From Octopus vulgaris (taxonomy: Eukaryota): 64,000 bases of DNA. Below, in pieces: positions 13,023 to 28,200 of the stretch. Position 1 is the first letter of the stretch. Every line of letters starts with the position of its first letter. The position numbers and the translations under genes were made by a program. Location of the stretch: contig OX597825.1 in assembly GCA_951406725.2 (NCBI GenBank), positions 73,780,001 through 73,844,000 of the forward strand, read 5' to 3'. The notes beneath the pieces were generated by a model that was not told the DNA's origin, did no database searches, and saw only the letters and a program-made list of their open reading frames with translations.

Positions 13023-14135
13023 TTGATAAGAGTAGGTCGCTGACTGAATTGGTTGATCGTGGCCGTTGACAGTTTGTTGTCTGTTTATCCACTCAACATC
13101 GAGTGATGTTCGCCAATGATTCAATGAGTTCATCTGCCGAAATGGGGTATGAGTCCAAACTGCATCCACTAGAAGGGCCCTGATCCAGGTGTTCCAGAGT
13201 TTTGAGAAGTTGGGAACCACTTCTTAACCACTGTTGTTCCCAGGTGTGTTCTGGCCCAGAGTTGTAGCACCTGTTAGGATCTCAACTATGAGTTAAGTAG
13301 CATGTAAACTGGATGTCATCTATTTCGGAGACACGTTTTTTTTTTCTAATTACGTAAGCCAAGACCTCCCAACGATTTTGAATTGTGTCGCGGACACCTG
13401 CCATAACGGTTCGAATGTAGTCATGGCTCGCTTTCCGATATTTCTGTATCGGAGACCCTGTACACGAACTATGCTTAAACAAGACGAGATGGCCGTGGTT
13501 GGAACGCTTTTGGTCGGAAATATATCTTAATAAAGGTTGACTACATGAGTGTTGTAAGCACCACCACCACCACCACCACCACCACCACCACCACCACCAC
13601 CACCACCGCCGCCGCCGCCGCCGACGCCGCCGCTACCACCATCCTAAATAACAACTGCATCAACAAGAACAGCAACAACGACATTCTTTGAATAAATTGC
13701 ACTGAATCTTCCTTCGTTTACTGATATTACGTAATTAGATAAAAAAAAAAAAAAAGAAACATGTCTTCTCCTTGAGATTTTCCTTTCTTTTCGCCGCTCC
13801 CGAAGAAGGAAAAAGAAAAGAAGAGACATAAGAACGCGTTTATTGAGCTTACCACGGTAACTACTGACGAAATAATCGGAGCAGTACCAATAGATGTACT
13901 TACTAAGGAACCACCACCACCACATCAGCAACTATCATCAACACTACCACCGCCGCCACCACCAACAACAACACCTCCACCAGCGCTATTATCAGTACAG
14001 CTGTTCTAGTGTTAAGGCATTCCGTAAGATTTCTGGCAGACGAACGGAACAGGGAATAAGAAACCATAAAGAGGGAAATATGACGCCCGCATTATCTCTG
14101 AATTAGAACGTAGACGTTTACATACAGACAGATAT

Positions 14136-14202
<67 letters not shown>

Positions 14203-14517
14203 CATACACACGCAGGCACAGAGACATGGACACACACACATACATACATACACAGATATGTCTGTATCTGTATACATAAAGATATTCGTACACACACACA
14301 TATACATTCATACACGTATGTATATATGTGAGTATAAATAAATATGTATATGTATGAATGTATGTATGTATAAATATTTACACATAAACAAACACGTAGA
14401 CACACACTCATATATGAATGTATATGAATGGAGGAAAACATGTGTGGTTCTGACTATACAGGAGAAACGAACTTGTATGCATGTCTCTGCAAAATCATTG
14501 GCTGCAAATATATACAT

Positions 14518-14573
<56 letters not shown>

Positions 14574-14574
<1 letters not shown>

Positions 14575-14960
14575 TAGCAGTATCGCCCGGCGTTGCTCGG
14601 GTTTGTTTCAACCCTTTAGAATTGGAATTTTTGAAGAGTAAAAATTTTTGCATTATGTAGCTTGTTGTTCTCTTTAAGTGAACATTTTTCTGGTTGAAAT
14701 ACACCGAAAAATGGCGACACAGCAGTCAAAAAATCGTAAAAAATAGGGATTTTCATTGAAATAAAGCACCTTTTTGATGTAAATAATTTTTGGTCGTAAC
14801 ATGGTCCGATTTGAATTTTTTCTTCTACGGAAGGAAGAGCAAGCCTTCTATCATACTCTCAATTTTGGTCAACTTGTGCCACAGGGTCTTGGAGGAGATA
14901 GTGTTAGTTGAAGGCTACCAAACCTGCCATACACAGACAACTTCAGCTTTATATATATAT
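14574..14960 (-). mobile_element. Non-autonomous Helitron-like element
   Basis: Minus 3' end cccgagcaacgccggg hairpin followed by cgatactgCTAG|T; 5' end tatataaagctgaagttgtctg; shares both termini with the 38427 copy. Confidence 0.75.
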
Positions 14961-15404
14961 ATATATCAGTCATAAGGGCACACAAATGCCCCTGCCTGCT
15001 AGAAATAAGAGTTAAAATTCTCATTTGAACCACCAATAATAACACTGAAAATTACGACAGAAAATGCCCTTATGATTGATATAAATTTTGATTCTGTAGC
15101 TATATAATGCTATTTTAGACCTGCAACCACTTATTGTTGTTATTATCAACTATTTATATAACCCTGGATAATAATAACAATAATAATATCCATATAAATA
15201 TTCACTCCTGAATATTTGCTCCTTATATGTACATGTGTGTGTGTGTGTATGTGTGTCGCATTGTCTTTCTTTCTCTTTCTCTCTATCTCTCCTTCATCTA
15301 TCTTTTCCAATTGGTGAAGCCAAATATCTTCTCAATAGTAAGACATCTTTCTATCCCTCTATTATACTTTAAACTCTCAATTAGCATAAAGCCACCTGCT
15401 CCCG

Positions 15405-15659
15405 TTTCAGAGAAGTCTTCTTGTCGCAAGTTACTTGGCGATCCCGCTGATGCTGGTGCCACGTAAAAGGCACCGGTGCTGGTGTCACGTAAGAAAGCAA
15501 CCGGTACATTTTTTCAGTGGCAGACATTAGGAAGGGTATCAAGTAGTAGAAACCATGTCCAAGCAGATAATGGCAGTGCAGCCTTTTGGTTTGCCTAGCT
15601 CATGTCAAATAGTCAAACCCATGCCAGCATGGTTGACAGGCATTAAATGATGATGATGA

Positions 15660-15662
<3 letters not shown>
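15405..15662 (+). mobile_element. SINE/LINE 3' fragment with (tga)n tail
   Basis: ttaggaagggtatc...aaacccatgccagcatgg...ttaaa(tga)n terminus. Confidence 0.5.
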
Positions 15663-15701
<39 letters not shown>

Positions 15702-15858
15702 AATTACGATTTTATGCAACATATTTCCCTCTCAGATTCACACACTTAGTGCAGTGGTCCCTCAGATTTTCTAAGTCCTCTAAAGGAATTCGGAAGCTTG
15801 GGCCTCCAGTCAGGCCTTTCGCAATAACCGTAAAGCCGAGGACTTTTCAGCACCCCCT

Positions 15859-15910
<52 letters not shown>

Positions 15911-16488
15911 GGCGGCGAGCTGACAGAATCGTTTAAACGCCGGGCGAAATGCTAAGCGATATTTCGTCAGTCGCTACCTTTCTGAGTTCGAATTCCGTCG
16001 AGGTTGACTTTGCCTTTCATCCTTTTCGGGGTCGATTAAATAAGTACCAGTTACGCACTGAGGTCGATGTAATCGACTTAATCTGTTTGTCTGTCCTTGT
16101 TTGTCCCTTCTACATTTAGCCCCCTGTGGCCAATAAAGAAATAAATATTGGATGCGTATCAACGTAAATGCCTTCAGCCGACACTGGAAGGAGTTGGTAA
16201 ATATTCGAAAACGAATGTCTGATGCTATTTATTCGAAGGAAAAAAAATAATAAAAGAACAGCGGAATCAGCTTGAGCTGCTTTTGAACCTGACTGGGTTT
16301 TCCTTCAGCACTCAGACATCCATTTCTGCTCATTTTTAAATTCTCCATACACGTTCTTTAACGAATATAGCATTTAATTTAATTGACTTAACGACTAGTC
16401 AATCATTAATTATGCAAATCAGAAATGACCTACCGAAGGCAGGAGAATCATAGGCTATATATAGTAATAAGATACATATATATATATA

Positions 16489-16924
16489 GGCGCAGGAGTG
16501 GCAGTGTGGTAAGTAGCTTCCTTACGAACCACATGGTTCCGGGTTCAGTCCCACTGCGTGGCACCTTGGGTAAGTGTCTTCTACTATAGCCTCGGGCTGA
16601 CCAAAGCCTTGTAAGTGGATTTGGTAGACGGAAACTGAAAGAAGCCCGTCGTATATATGTATATATATATATATATGTGTATGTGCGAGTTTGTGTGTTT
16701 GTGTTTGTCCCCCCTCCCCAACATCGCTTGACAATCGATGCTGGTGTGTTTACGTCCCCGTCACTTAGCGGTTCGGCAAAAAGAGAACCGATAAAATAAG
16801 TACTGGGCTTACAAAGAATAAGACCTGGGGGTCGATTTGATCGACTAAAGGCGGTGCTCCAGCATGGCCCACAGTCACATGACTGAAACAAGTAAAAGAG
16901 TAAAAGAGTAAAAGAGTAAAAGAG
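16489..16924 (+). mobile_element. SINE family A, full length
   Basis: ggcgcaggagtggcagtgtggtaag head to (gtaaaaga)n tail. Confidence 0.88.
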
Positions 16925-17306
16925 CATCTTCGTTAGCAGAAGAGGTCGGGAAGATGAATGTAACTAGGTTCGAAATCAGATTAAGTCAATATCTTTTTTC
17001 CTGCCCGTGAAGGAGATAACAAGAACAGACGGTTTCTATGTCTTCAAAGTCTCAAAGTGTTGGTTACAAAAATGTTTAAAAAGCATAAGTATATATATTA
17101 CGTTTATATTCAGTTATGGACTCTCGTTATTGGTGATGGTGATGGTGGTGGTGGTGGTGGTGGTGGCGGTAGCAGTAGTAGTAGTAGCAATATACATATA
17201 CACACAGAGATATACACGCACGCATTTATACACTTGTAATGAACTAATTACACTTTTTAGAGCAACAACAACTCATCAGCTCATATATACCCACACATAA
17301 ACATGC

Positions 17307-17385
<79 letters not shown>

Positions 17386-17536
17386 TGGTTGGTACCGAGG
17401 TAGAGAGACAGATATGGAAGTGTGAGTTTATATGTGAGTGTAATGGATATATAAATATGTCTGTCCGTCCGTCCGCCCGTCCGTCCGTCCGTTAGTCTGT
17501 CTGTCTGTCGGTCTGTCTATCTCTTCCTCTGTCTCT

Positions 17537-17537
<1 letters not shown>

Positions 17538-17577
<40 letters not shown>

Positions 17578-17879
17578 ACACATACACACACGGATACACA
17601 CACACACACACACACACGTACACATACACACACGGATAGACACACACACACGTACACATACACACACGGATACACACACACACACACACACACACGTACA
17701 CATACACACACGGATACACACACACACACACACACACGTACACATACACACACGGATACACACACACACACACACACGTACATACGAAATGCTCGGATGT
17801 TTATCTTGAACATTAATATTAATAGCAAGTTTGCAAAAGTACAATTTATGGCCTCTGTTTGTAGTATTAGTAGTAGTAT

Positions 17880-17916
<37 letters not shown>

Positions 17917-18121
17917 GGTGGTGGTGGTGGTTTTGGTGGTGATGGTGGTGGTAGTAGTAGTGGTAGTAATAGTAGCAGTAGTAGTAGTAGTAGTCGTGGT
18001 GGTGGTGGTGGTGGTGGTGGTGGTGGTGATGGTGGTAGTAGTAGTAGTAGTGGTGGTGGTGATGGTAGTAGTAGTAGTAGTAGTGGTGGTGGTGGTGGTG
18101 GTGGTAGTAATGGTGGTAGTG

Positions 18122-18152
<31 letters not shown>
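17538..18152. repeat. Compound CA-based minisatellite followed by (GTA)n/(GGT)n
   Basis: Unit cacacacgtacacatacacacacggata about five times, then trinucleotide tracts. Confidence 0.9.
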
Positions 18153-18153
<1 letters not shown>

Positions 18154-19131
18154 TTCATAAGTGTTTGGGAGGAGCAGTGGTGTAATAATATTCGCAGCGT
18201 CAGCAGCGTTCTTGCTTATTAGCCATAAGAGAAGCAGCAATAGAAAGATGCTTCAGTCACTATGGTTACCGCTTGATAAATCCTCAATGGAAATCTCTCT
18301 CTCCCTCCCTCTCTCTCTCTCTCTCTTTCTCACCCCACCTCTCTCTCTCTGTATCTCTCGCTAGCTTTATGTCTTCTTATAAGATCTATTTGTTGTTGCT
18401 GCTGTTGCTGTTTCAGCGCATGTCGGCCATGATAGACCAGACAATCTTGTGATAAGCTCTCAACCTATGCCATTGATTATGCCGTTCTCCTCTTAAGCAC
18501 AGTACATCAAGGACTACATTATCTAATGTGCACAAGCCTGCTTTTTTTTTAAAAAAAAAGCAAATGGTAGTGTCTAATCTAAGGAACATTTGGCTGTTGA
18601 TTCTAGTGGTTCGATCGACTGGCAAGAATCTTAATCATTGACTGGTCTGCTGTGATGTATGTCTTAAAGTCGGTGTGCCCGGGCGAATAAACGGGTCCCT
18701 TGCAAGAATGGTCCCTTCAAGAATGGGTTATCCGTAAGTATGACCCGATTTTATTAACCTAAACTTAGTAGAGAAGGGCCATGTTCTGTCAGATTAATTC
18801 GGTTGATAGAACGTCTGAAACTTCGTCGACGAACTCTAGGATCCACGTTCAGGTCGACACCATGCTGCTGGGCTGATATTTGGTCAGTACGGAATGGGTT
18901 GTGGGTAGGCCCCTCGCAGGGCTGAGGAGCGATATCGGGCATCATCAGCAATGGGGATGAGGAGACCAAACTTGAGATGCTTCTTAGAGTGAGCTTTCTC
19001 TTTTGCAACTACGTGGTTTCAAGTTCAGTTCTACCGCGTGTCAAGTATCTTCTGCCGTAAGCTCAGGCTGACCAATGCCTTGTGAATGAATCTGGTAGAC
19101 GGAGACGGTGTGGAAGCTTGTCGTATGTATG

Positions 19132-19208
<77 letters not shown>

Positions 19209-19211
<3 letters not shown>

Positions 19212-19584
19212 GAGGCGCAATGGCCCAGTGGTTTGGGCAGCGGACTCGCGGTCGTAGGATCGCGGTTTCGATTCCCAGACCGGGCATTGTGAGTGTTTAT
19301 TGAGCGAAAACACCTAAAGCTCCACGAGGCTCCGGCGGGGATGGTGGTGATCCCTACTGTACTCTTTCACCACAACTTTCTCTCACTCTTACTTCCTGTT
19401 TCTGTTGTACCTGTATTTCAAAGGGCCGGCCTTGTGTCGCGCTGAATATCCCCGAGAACTACGTTAAGGGTACACGTGTCTGTGGAGTGCTCAGCCACTT
19501 ACACGTTAATTTCACGAGCAGGCTGTTCCGTTGATCGGATCAACCGGAACCCTCGTCGTCGTAACCGACGGAGTGCTTCCATCC
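19209..19584 (+). mobile_element. tRNA-derived SINE family C (tRNA-Arg-like head; resembles octopus OR-type SINEs)
   Basis: gtggaggcgcaatggcccagtgg (A-box) ...gactcgcg... ggtttcgattcc (B-box). Related copies at 22900-23090(-), 23373-23767(-), 32985-33235, 35498, 54505(-), 59213 and 62655(-). Confidence 0.85.
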
Positions 19585-19742
19585 ATATATATATATATAT
19601 ATCTATAGACGGCCACCAACACTTTTTTTCTGCAAAATAGGAGTAGCTTATCCTGTTCAGACTATACTATTAGCATTATACTGCGTTTGAGAATTTAAAA
19701 TCACTTCTTTAACATTCTAAGACATCTCAACGCTTCTTTGAA

Positions 19743-19800
<58 letters not shown>

Positions 19801-20147
19801 ATTCATTTTAGTACCACTAAATTGAACTTCTCTCCCCTGTGGACTCGGAAATAACTTCCCTAATATTAATATTATATATATATATATATATAATATAAAT
19901 TATATATATGCATATATGCATACGTATACGTACATATTTACATGTATACGTATATACATATGCATATGTGGGCACAGGACGTTACAAAACGTACAACAAG
20001 AAATACGAAGTACGGGGACATGGAATATTAACTTTTATTTTGCGAACGCAACGAGAGAAACAAATAGGAAACAAGACAAACAACGCAAAGACCGACCCTT
20101 GATCAGTTGTTGGCTGTTTTTCTGATCCGTATTTCGAGCATTTCATG

Positions 20148-20186
<39 letters not shown>

Positions 20187-20973
20187 AAACAGCTTACCGA
20201 TGTATTAAATCAAGTGGGCTAACTGCATGAATTTATATAATCTGTACAGGTGGTAATGGTAAACATTGCATTAAAATCCGCGTCTTAGTTATGAGATAAG
20301 GAAGAAAGTATAAAACAAAGCACTTAAATTTAAATGTTAGTAAATATGAGGGAAAGGAGGCGGTAAGGAGATAATCTCTATATTCTCTTTACTCAAAACT
20401 AAGTACGCCTTTAATAAAATCAAACAACAATAATTAGATGCTTCTAAGCAAAAGCTATAGAGCATCCGGCTTATAAATCGTAAAAATATGTGGCACACAT
20501 TGTGAACGTCATATATGATTGCATATATAGAATATATAGAGTATCTTGCGTAAGGTCACGATATATATAGGACTTGCAACGATCTTATATCTCTGTATCT
20601 CACTCATATCTTTATGACGTATGTGGTATTGTAAAATAGGTTATATGTGATGAAGTGTATTTTAATTCTTAATCTGTAATATATATGTAGCATGTTATCT
20701 TTAGTAAGACATAGGTCGGAGTTACCGTATATCTAACGTCAGGCCTGAGTATATAAAGATATACAAATTACGATAGTTTTTGTATATCAGTCTGTTACAT
20801 ATCTGTCTGTAGGTTATAGAGTGATGCAGTGTATTTGCAGTGTATTTTCATTAACAGTCATACAAAGTGTAGTACATACCTTTGGTAGTACATATAACAT
20901 AATTATCCTACATTTAACGTAAGGTCATACAATGTAGTGTTTAGAAATCTATCTATATATCTATCTATCTATC

Positions 20974-21038
<65 letters not shown>

Positions 21039-21749
21039 AAATCGTTTTTAACGGTGTACCCCGAAATAGATAAAGTTATGCATACATATACGCATTTAAG
21101 TGTGTTATGTGTGTGTGTGTGCCGTTATTGTTGGTGCTGATATGAAAAGTATGTTACTGTTCGTGATGGTGGCGTGATGTAATATAATGCTGTTGTTGAT
21201 GGTGTAGTGTAGCGTAGTATTGTTGCTGGTGGTTTGGTGTTATTGGCGTTGTGTCGTGCTGTTGTTGATGTCATATAGAAATGGTATTGTAGTTTTGTGA
21301 TGATGGTGTTGTTGGTGGTGTAGTGGTGTAATGTTGTTGTTGTTGTTAGCCCTGTAGAGCTGTTGTTGTTGATATTTGTAATGTCAGCAGTGGTGTTGGT
21401 GGTAGTAATGACAGCGTGGTGCTGCATTAATGTTGATCGAACCCCTTCTTTTACTAACTCACTATGTTAGATATACGAGATGGTATCGTACTTGTTGTCT
21501 AAATAACTTGCAGTGTTAAGTAAATGGACTTTGAGTTCTGAGTTCAAATCTTGCCCAAGTCAGTTTCTCCTTTCGTCATTCCAGAGACGATAAAATAAAG
21601 TACCAGTCAAGTACTGAGATCAATATAATCGATTGTTTTTTTTTCCTCTGTGCCATCACCAATACGCCATAATACCATACTTATGCAAAGAATCAATATT
21701 TACATTCGTGCCATACACATCATGGATCTGACAATGGCAAGTGTCTACC

Positions 21750-22532
21750 TTCATCATCACCACCACCACCACCACCACCACCACCACCACCACCACCACC
21801 ACCACCACCACCACTATCGCCACCACCATCAGTACCATCACGACTATCATCACCACCACCACCGCCACCACTATCGCCACCACCATCAGTACCATCACGA
21901 CTATCATCACCACCACCACCGCCACCACTATCGCCACCACCATCAGTACCATCACGACTACCACCACCACCACCACCACCACCACTACCACCACCACGGC
22001 AACTAAAAGTTGCAAACCAGCTTCCGTTGTTCTAATTATTCTTGATGTTTATTTTGTCAATGTACTTCATGCTTCTTGTCCCTTGTGGTTTTAATTGTAG
22101 TAGTAGTAGTAGTAGTTGTTGTTGTAGCAGCAGCAGCAGTAGCCGCAGTAGTAGTAGTAATAGTAGTTGCTGTTGTTGTGACAGTGGATTGTCATTCACT
22201 TGCTACTGGAATATTTTCGATCGTAAGTCTAAACGCTGTCATCTTCATTGCTGCTGTTGTTGTCGTTGTTGTCGCTATCATCGTCATCGTCATCGTTGAT
22301 GTTGTTGTTGTCGTCATTGCCATTGTGACAGCAACTGTCGTTGTCGTTGCTGCCGTAGCCGTTGTTGTTGCTGTTGTTGTTGTTGAAGATATTACTCTTG
22401 CCGTTCTTTATCATCATCAACATCATCATCGTCATCATCATCGTCATCGTCATCATCGTCATCATCATCATCATCATCATCATGATCATGATCATCATCA
22501 TCAAAGCCGGCGTTGTTAGCATCATCAGCACT

Positions 22533-22565
<33 letters not shown>

Positions 22566-22610
22566 CTTCTTCTTCTTCTTCTTCTTCTTCTTCTTCTTCT
22601 TCTTCTTCTT
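21750..22610. repeat. Compound trinucleotide microsatellite region with a 60-bp unit repeated about three times
   Basis: (CAC)n, ccactatcgccaccaccatcagtaccatcacgacta x3, (CAT)n, (GTT)n, (CTT)n. Confidence 0.9.
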
Positions 22611-23372
22611 CCAATCAGGACTCACGCCATTAGCCACAAAAGAATAATATCTAATTCGAGCCTACTCTAAGCTACTAAGAGTGCGTGTGGCAACTTGAAG
22701 ATTCACCCACCACACGCGATACACTGGCGGTTGCACGGGCGCGAAAGCTACGCTGTTATTCTCATTCCGTAAACGGGGGATTTTTAACGGGTGAAGAGCT
22801 GAACCATCCTGGGGAACAGAGGAATCGCAATCTAGACTAGGGTCTGAAAGTTTACCACACCATAGTGGGTTACACCATGGTTCCTCTGCTTTGTGACAGA
22901 AGTAGGAAGAAAGAGTGAGAGAAAGTTGTGGTGAAAGAGCACAGCAGGGTTCACCCCTTCTCCGTCGGAGCCTCGTGGAGCTTAGGTGTTTTTGTTCAAT
23001 AAACACTCACAATGCCCGGTCTGGGAATCGAAACTGCGTTCTTACGACCGCGAGTCCGCTGCCCTAACCACTGGGCCATTGCCCCTCCACTCTTTTGTTG
23101 TTGTTGTCGCTGTTATGGTCGTTGTTTGCACTGCCCTAGTTGCTGTTGTTCCTGTTGTTATCGTCGTTGTTTTTGTTGTTGTTGATGCGCCTACCGCTCT
23201 TATCGTCGTAATTGTCAATGTGGTCGTCCTCATCGACGTCATCCAGGCTTAGCTCCAGTCAGCCTTGACCGAGCAGATTTATAATCAACCAGCTTTAAAG
23301 TCCGCACGCTTGCGGCCTAAAACTAAGGGGAGCTAAATAGCATGATTATAATACGTCTATAATGGTTAAATG

Positions 23373-23767
23373 GAGGAAAAGGAGGAACCACTCCATCGGT
23401 TACGACGACGAGGGTTCCGGTAGATCCGAATCAACGGAACAGCCTGCTCGTGAAATTAACGTGTAAGTGGCTGAGCACTCCACAGACACGTGTACCCTTA
23501 ACGTAGTTCTCGGGGATATTCAGCGTGACACAGAGAGTGTCAAGGCCGGCCCTTTGAAATACAGGTACAACAGAAACAGGAAGTAAGAGTGAGAGAAAGT
23601 TGTGGTGAAAGAGTACAGCAGGAATCACCACCATCCCCTGTCGGAGCCTCGTGGAGCTTTAGGTGCTTTCGCTCAATAAACACTCACAACGCTCGGTCTG
23701 GGAATCGAAACCACGATCCTATGGCCACGAGTCCGCTGCCCTAACCACTGGGCCATTGCACCTCCAC
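23373..23767 (-). mobile_element. SINE family C
   Basis: Reverse complement of the 19209 copy; flanking aatggtta repeat (23361 and 23768) is a likely TSD. Confidence 0.85.
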
Positions 23768-25164
23768 AATGGTTATATGCCCCGGTGGTGTTTGATCAGA
23801 GGTTAAGGACGGATGAGAATTAATTCTGTGGTGCAATCATTCTGTTGTTCCAGGCTCAAATCGAATCCCAACTGTTCGCCAATTTGCCCAAAGTCCTTAT
23901 CTCGACGTAAAATTAATGAAGCGAATGTCATTTCCCTTCCCCTTGGTCTCTGATGGCATTTGACAAACGCCGACCAAGATGGCGTGAGTCAGTCAAACAT
24001 TGCCTGATAGAAATATTAATCCAAGAAGGGCGGCGAGCTGGCAGAAACGTTAGCATGCCGGGCGAAATGCTTAGCGATATTTCGTCTGTCGTTACGTTCT
24101 GAGTTCAAATTCCGCTGGGGTCGACTTTACCTTTCATACTTTCGGGGTCGATTAAATAAGCACCAGTTACGCACTGGGGCCGATATAATTGACTTAATCC
24201 CTTTGTCTGTCCTTGTTTGCCCCCTCTGTGTTTAGCCCCTTGTGGGTAATAAAGAAATAGGTATTTCGTCTGCCGTTACGTTATGAGTTCAAATTCCGTT
24301 GAGGTTTGTCCCCTCTGTGTGTAGCCCGTTGTGGGCAGTAAAGAAATAAGAAATATCAATCCAAATGCTTTTAAATTAGACCCCAATGCTAGACGTTCCT
24401 GAACCAAATAAGGGCAGATTTTCAACCTCGGGATCATCCTGATTCCAAAATTGTATATAATGTCTATGTAGAGCATATATAAACTGAGACACAGGGGTCC
24501 CAGACAGACAGAATTTCGCGTTTATTGTTATAGAAGACGTACAAGACGTGGCCATCTCGTCGTTCTGTTTACAAAACCGTCACCACATTTTCTGGCAAAT
24601 CCCTTTTTAAAACGTAACGCGGTGTTATTTGAAGAAAGCTTGACTGCTATTTCTAGCAAGACCGTCTACGTCGTTCAAGTTACTGTTCTTCTTGTTGCTC
24701 GTGTTGTTATTAATTATAGATTCATAAACATGGCTGTTGATGTTGAGCTTCACGGCAGCTTTCAGAGAAATAATTGTCAGCACCACGACCCCACCCCGCC
24801 AACCCACCCAGACGAAATAAAATACAATCTGAGATACATATTCGATGTAATTCAAGAAATCTCTAGACGGTAGGACTTTTGGAAATTGAAGCAAAACACA
24901 ATTATCTCGACAGTAGTGGTAGTAGTAGTGATGGTGGTGGTGGTGGTGGTGGTGGTTGTAGTAGTCGTTGTAGTAGAAGTTATAGTTGTTGTTGTTGTTG
25001 ACAGTGTTGGTGTAGATAAGCCTATCGCTTATGGTTCCATGAAGAAATGTGTGTAATATGGTTAATCGTATAGAGGTAGGATGGTGAGATTGAACGAGTG
25101 AATCTAAAGATATATTTGTGCACATACGTTCACACACACACACAGACACATACATAGACAGACA

Positions 25165-25206
<42 letters not shown>

Positions 25207-25631
25207 TACATATACATTCGTACATACATATTAGATAAGCACATACATATTAGATAATTATATATATATATATATATGCACATAAGGCGAGCTGGCAGAA
25301 ACGTTAGCGCGCCGGGCGAAATGCTTAGCGCTATTTCGTCTGTCGTTACGTTCTGAGTTCAAATTCCGCCGAGGTCGACTTTGCCTTTCATCCTTTCGGG
25401 GTCGATAAATAAGGCACCAGTTCGCACTGGGGTCGATATAATCGACATAATCTGTTTGTCTGTCCTTGTCTGTCTTTGTTTGTCCCCTATATGTTTAGCC
25501 CCTTGTGGGTAGTAAAGAAATATATATATATGCACATATATACATACACATGCACACACACACACAGACATATATATAAATATATACATGCGCACGTGTA
25601 TATATATATATGTGTGTGGGTGTGTGTGTAG

Positions 25632-26246
25632 AGGTGCAGGTGTGGCAGTGTGGTGAGAAGTTTGCCTCTCAATCACATGGTTTTGGATTCAATGCCACTG
25701 CGTGGAAGACTGAGGACAAGTGACTTCTTTAGCCTCGGATCGACCAAACACTTGTGAGCCGATTTAGTAGGCGGAAACTGAAAGAAGCCCGTCGTATGTA
25801 TATATATATATATTGGTAAAAACGGTAAGATAATAAAAGAAAGAAAGAGACCTCAATATTATGTAAATAGAGGAAATTTATCTGTAAAATAATATGTGAC
25901 AATTATTCAATAGCCAATATAAAACTCTGAGTTTCGTATGACGAGGTGGAAATCCACAACACCATCTCTTCAATTATCTGGCCATCTGAAAAACTTGTGT
26001 GCATATATCAATGCATGTGTGTCTTTCTTTGTGCCTGCGTTTGTGCCCCATCACCACCTTGTTGTGTTTACGTCCCCGTAACCTAGCAGTTCGGCCTAAG
26101 AGACCGATAGAATACACACTAAGCTTACACATACACACTAAGCTTAAAAAAGTAAGGCCTGGGGTTGATTTGTTCGACTAAAAATCTTCAAGGTGGTGCT
26201 CTAGCATGGCTGTAGTCAAATGGCTAACACAAGTAAAACAGTAAAA

Positions 26247-26250
<4 letters not shown>
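25632..26250 (+). mobile_element. Diverged SINE family A, interrupted in its TA tract by an HHR-bearing insert (~25813-25996)
   Basis: Head 25632-25800 and tail 26000-26250 flank unrelated sequence. Confidence 0.7.
25912..25983 (-). ncRNA. Type I hammerhead-like motif, C3U variant with long stem II
   Basis: Minus strand GGCCAGAUAA-UUGAAGA-G(augguguuguggauuuccaccucgucaua)C-GAAA-CUCAGAG-UU-UUAUAUUGGCU: ~10-bp stem I with one bulge, same stem III as the 42833 copy. Confidence 0.5.
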
Positions 26251-26289
<39 letters not shown>

Positions 26290-27028
26290 AACACCTCTGT
26301 GTGTGTGTGTACGTGTGCGTGCGCGAGTGTGTTTGTGTGTGACTGTATACGTATCAGTTTGTCCTATGCCGTCGTTTGACAACCGGTGCTGGTTTATTTA
26401 CGTCTTTCTAAATAGCTGTTCAGCAACAGAGACCGATAGCATAAGCAAGGTTAGTGCTGTGGTTGATTTCTTTGATAAATCCCTTCAATGCGGTGCCCCA
26501 TTCTAATTGCAACCCAATGACTGAAGCAAGTGAAAATATATGAGGGCGCATGGCCTAATTGTTAGGGTCTTGCGAAACAAAATCGCAAGATCGTGGCCTC
26601 GATTCTCAGAAAAAGCAGTGCTTTTTGTGTTCTGGAGGAACAAAAACACTTCGTTTTATGTTGTTCTGCGATCGCGCTGACATACGACGTGTGGTACACC
26701 GAGCACCTTTGCAAAGTAATGTGGTTTTCACGGAGGAAGTGAGTTCTTGTGCAGCACGAATACTTATTTGATCGCCGTAATGAAATCATTTGTGCAGGAT
26801 GTTCAGCAGCAAAATAGATTGCAGAACACTCATCTGCTGCCTACGACGGAAGAGTCCACAATACACACACCCACATGTGCATATGTGTGTGTGTGTGTGT
26901 GTATCTGTGTATGTGCGTGTGTGTGTTTGTGTGTGTCCATGTGTGTGTTTGTATATATATGTATATGTATATATATATGTATGAATACATATGAATACAT
27001 ATGTATATGTATACATATACGTACACAG

Positions 27029-27082
<54 letters not shown>

Positions 27083-27512
27083 ACACACACATATATATAT
27101 ACACGTATACATATATATACATAAATATACATATATATATATATACATATATGTGTATATATATATATACGTGTGTATGTATATATATATATATACACGT
27201 ATACATATATATACGTAAATATACATGTGTATATATATATATACACATGTATATATAAGCACACACACACATATATACATATATGTGTGTATATGTTTGC
27301 GTATGTGTATGAATGTATATGTGTGTATGTGTTCACACTTTTGTTAACGAATAGCAGAAGTTCTCGGTAACATACAGAGCAGAGTATACTAGTTTGGTTT
27401 GCCTGATCTAGTCACCTATTTTACTGGAGTATCCCCAAACGTCAAAACGTTTCGTCAGATAGACTAAACTTTATTTTATCTCTTCCGCCCAATAAACCGA
27501 CCGGGACACGAG

Positions 27513-27580
<68 letters not shown>

Positions 27581-27927
27581 GCATACACGATTTAATTCGC
27601 TGGGTGTTATTTATAATCAGATGTAAGAGTTGAGTACTCGTTGCCGTTACCATTAGCGTATATAGATATACGTGAATGTGTGCCTGTCTGTCTGTCTGTC
27701 TGTCTGCGTTTACGCTCCCGTAACTTAGTGGTTCAGCAAAAGAAATTGATAAATTAATTACCAGACTTAACAAAAAATATATATATAATAAGTACTGGGG
27801 TCTCTTCCTTCGACAAAATATTCTTGAAGGCGGTGCCACAGCATGGCTACAGGCTAAAGACTGAAACCAGACGAAGTAAAAGAGATTGAAAGATATATAT
27901 ATATATGTATATATTCATACATACATA

Positions 27928-27959
<32 letters not shown>

Positions 27960-28136
27960 CATATATATATATACATATATACATACACATATATATCCAT
28001 ACACACACACACATATATATATACATACATACATACATACATATATTTACACACATGCATATATATACTTGCACATATATATATATATACATACATATAT
28101 ATATATATACAAACATAAATACATACATATATAAAT

Positions 28137-28200
<64 letters not shown>

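Noticed and set aside
18413-18625. Minus ORF containing AYHK as a possible SK S2 exon
   Set aside because: Lacks the hydrophobic S2 helix and LKCLIS/EIQLF-like context.
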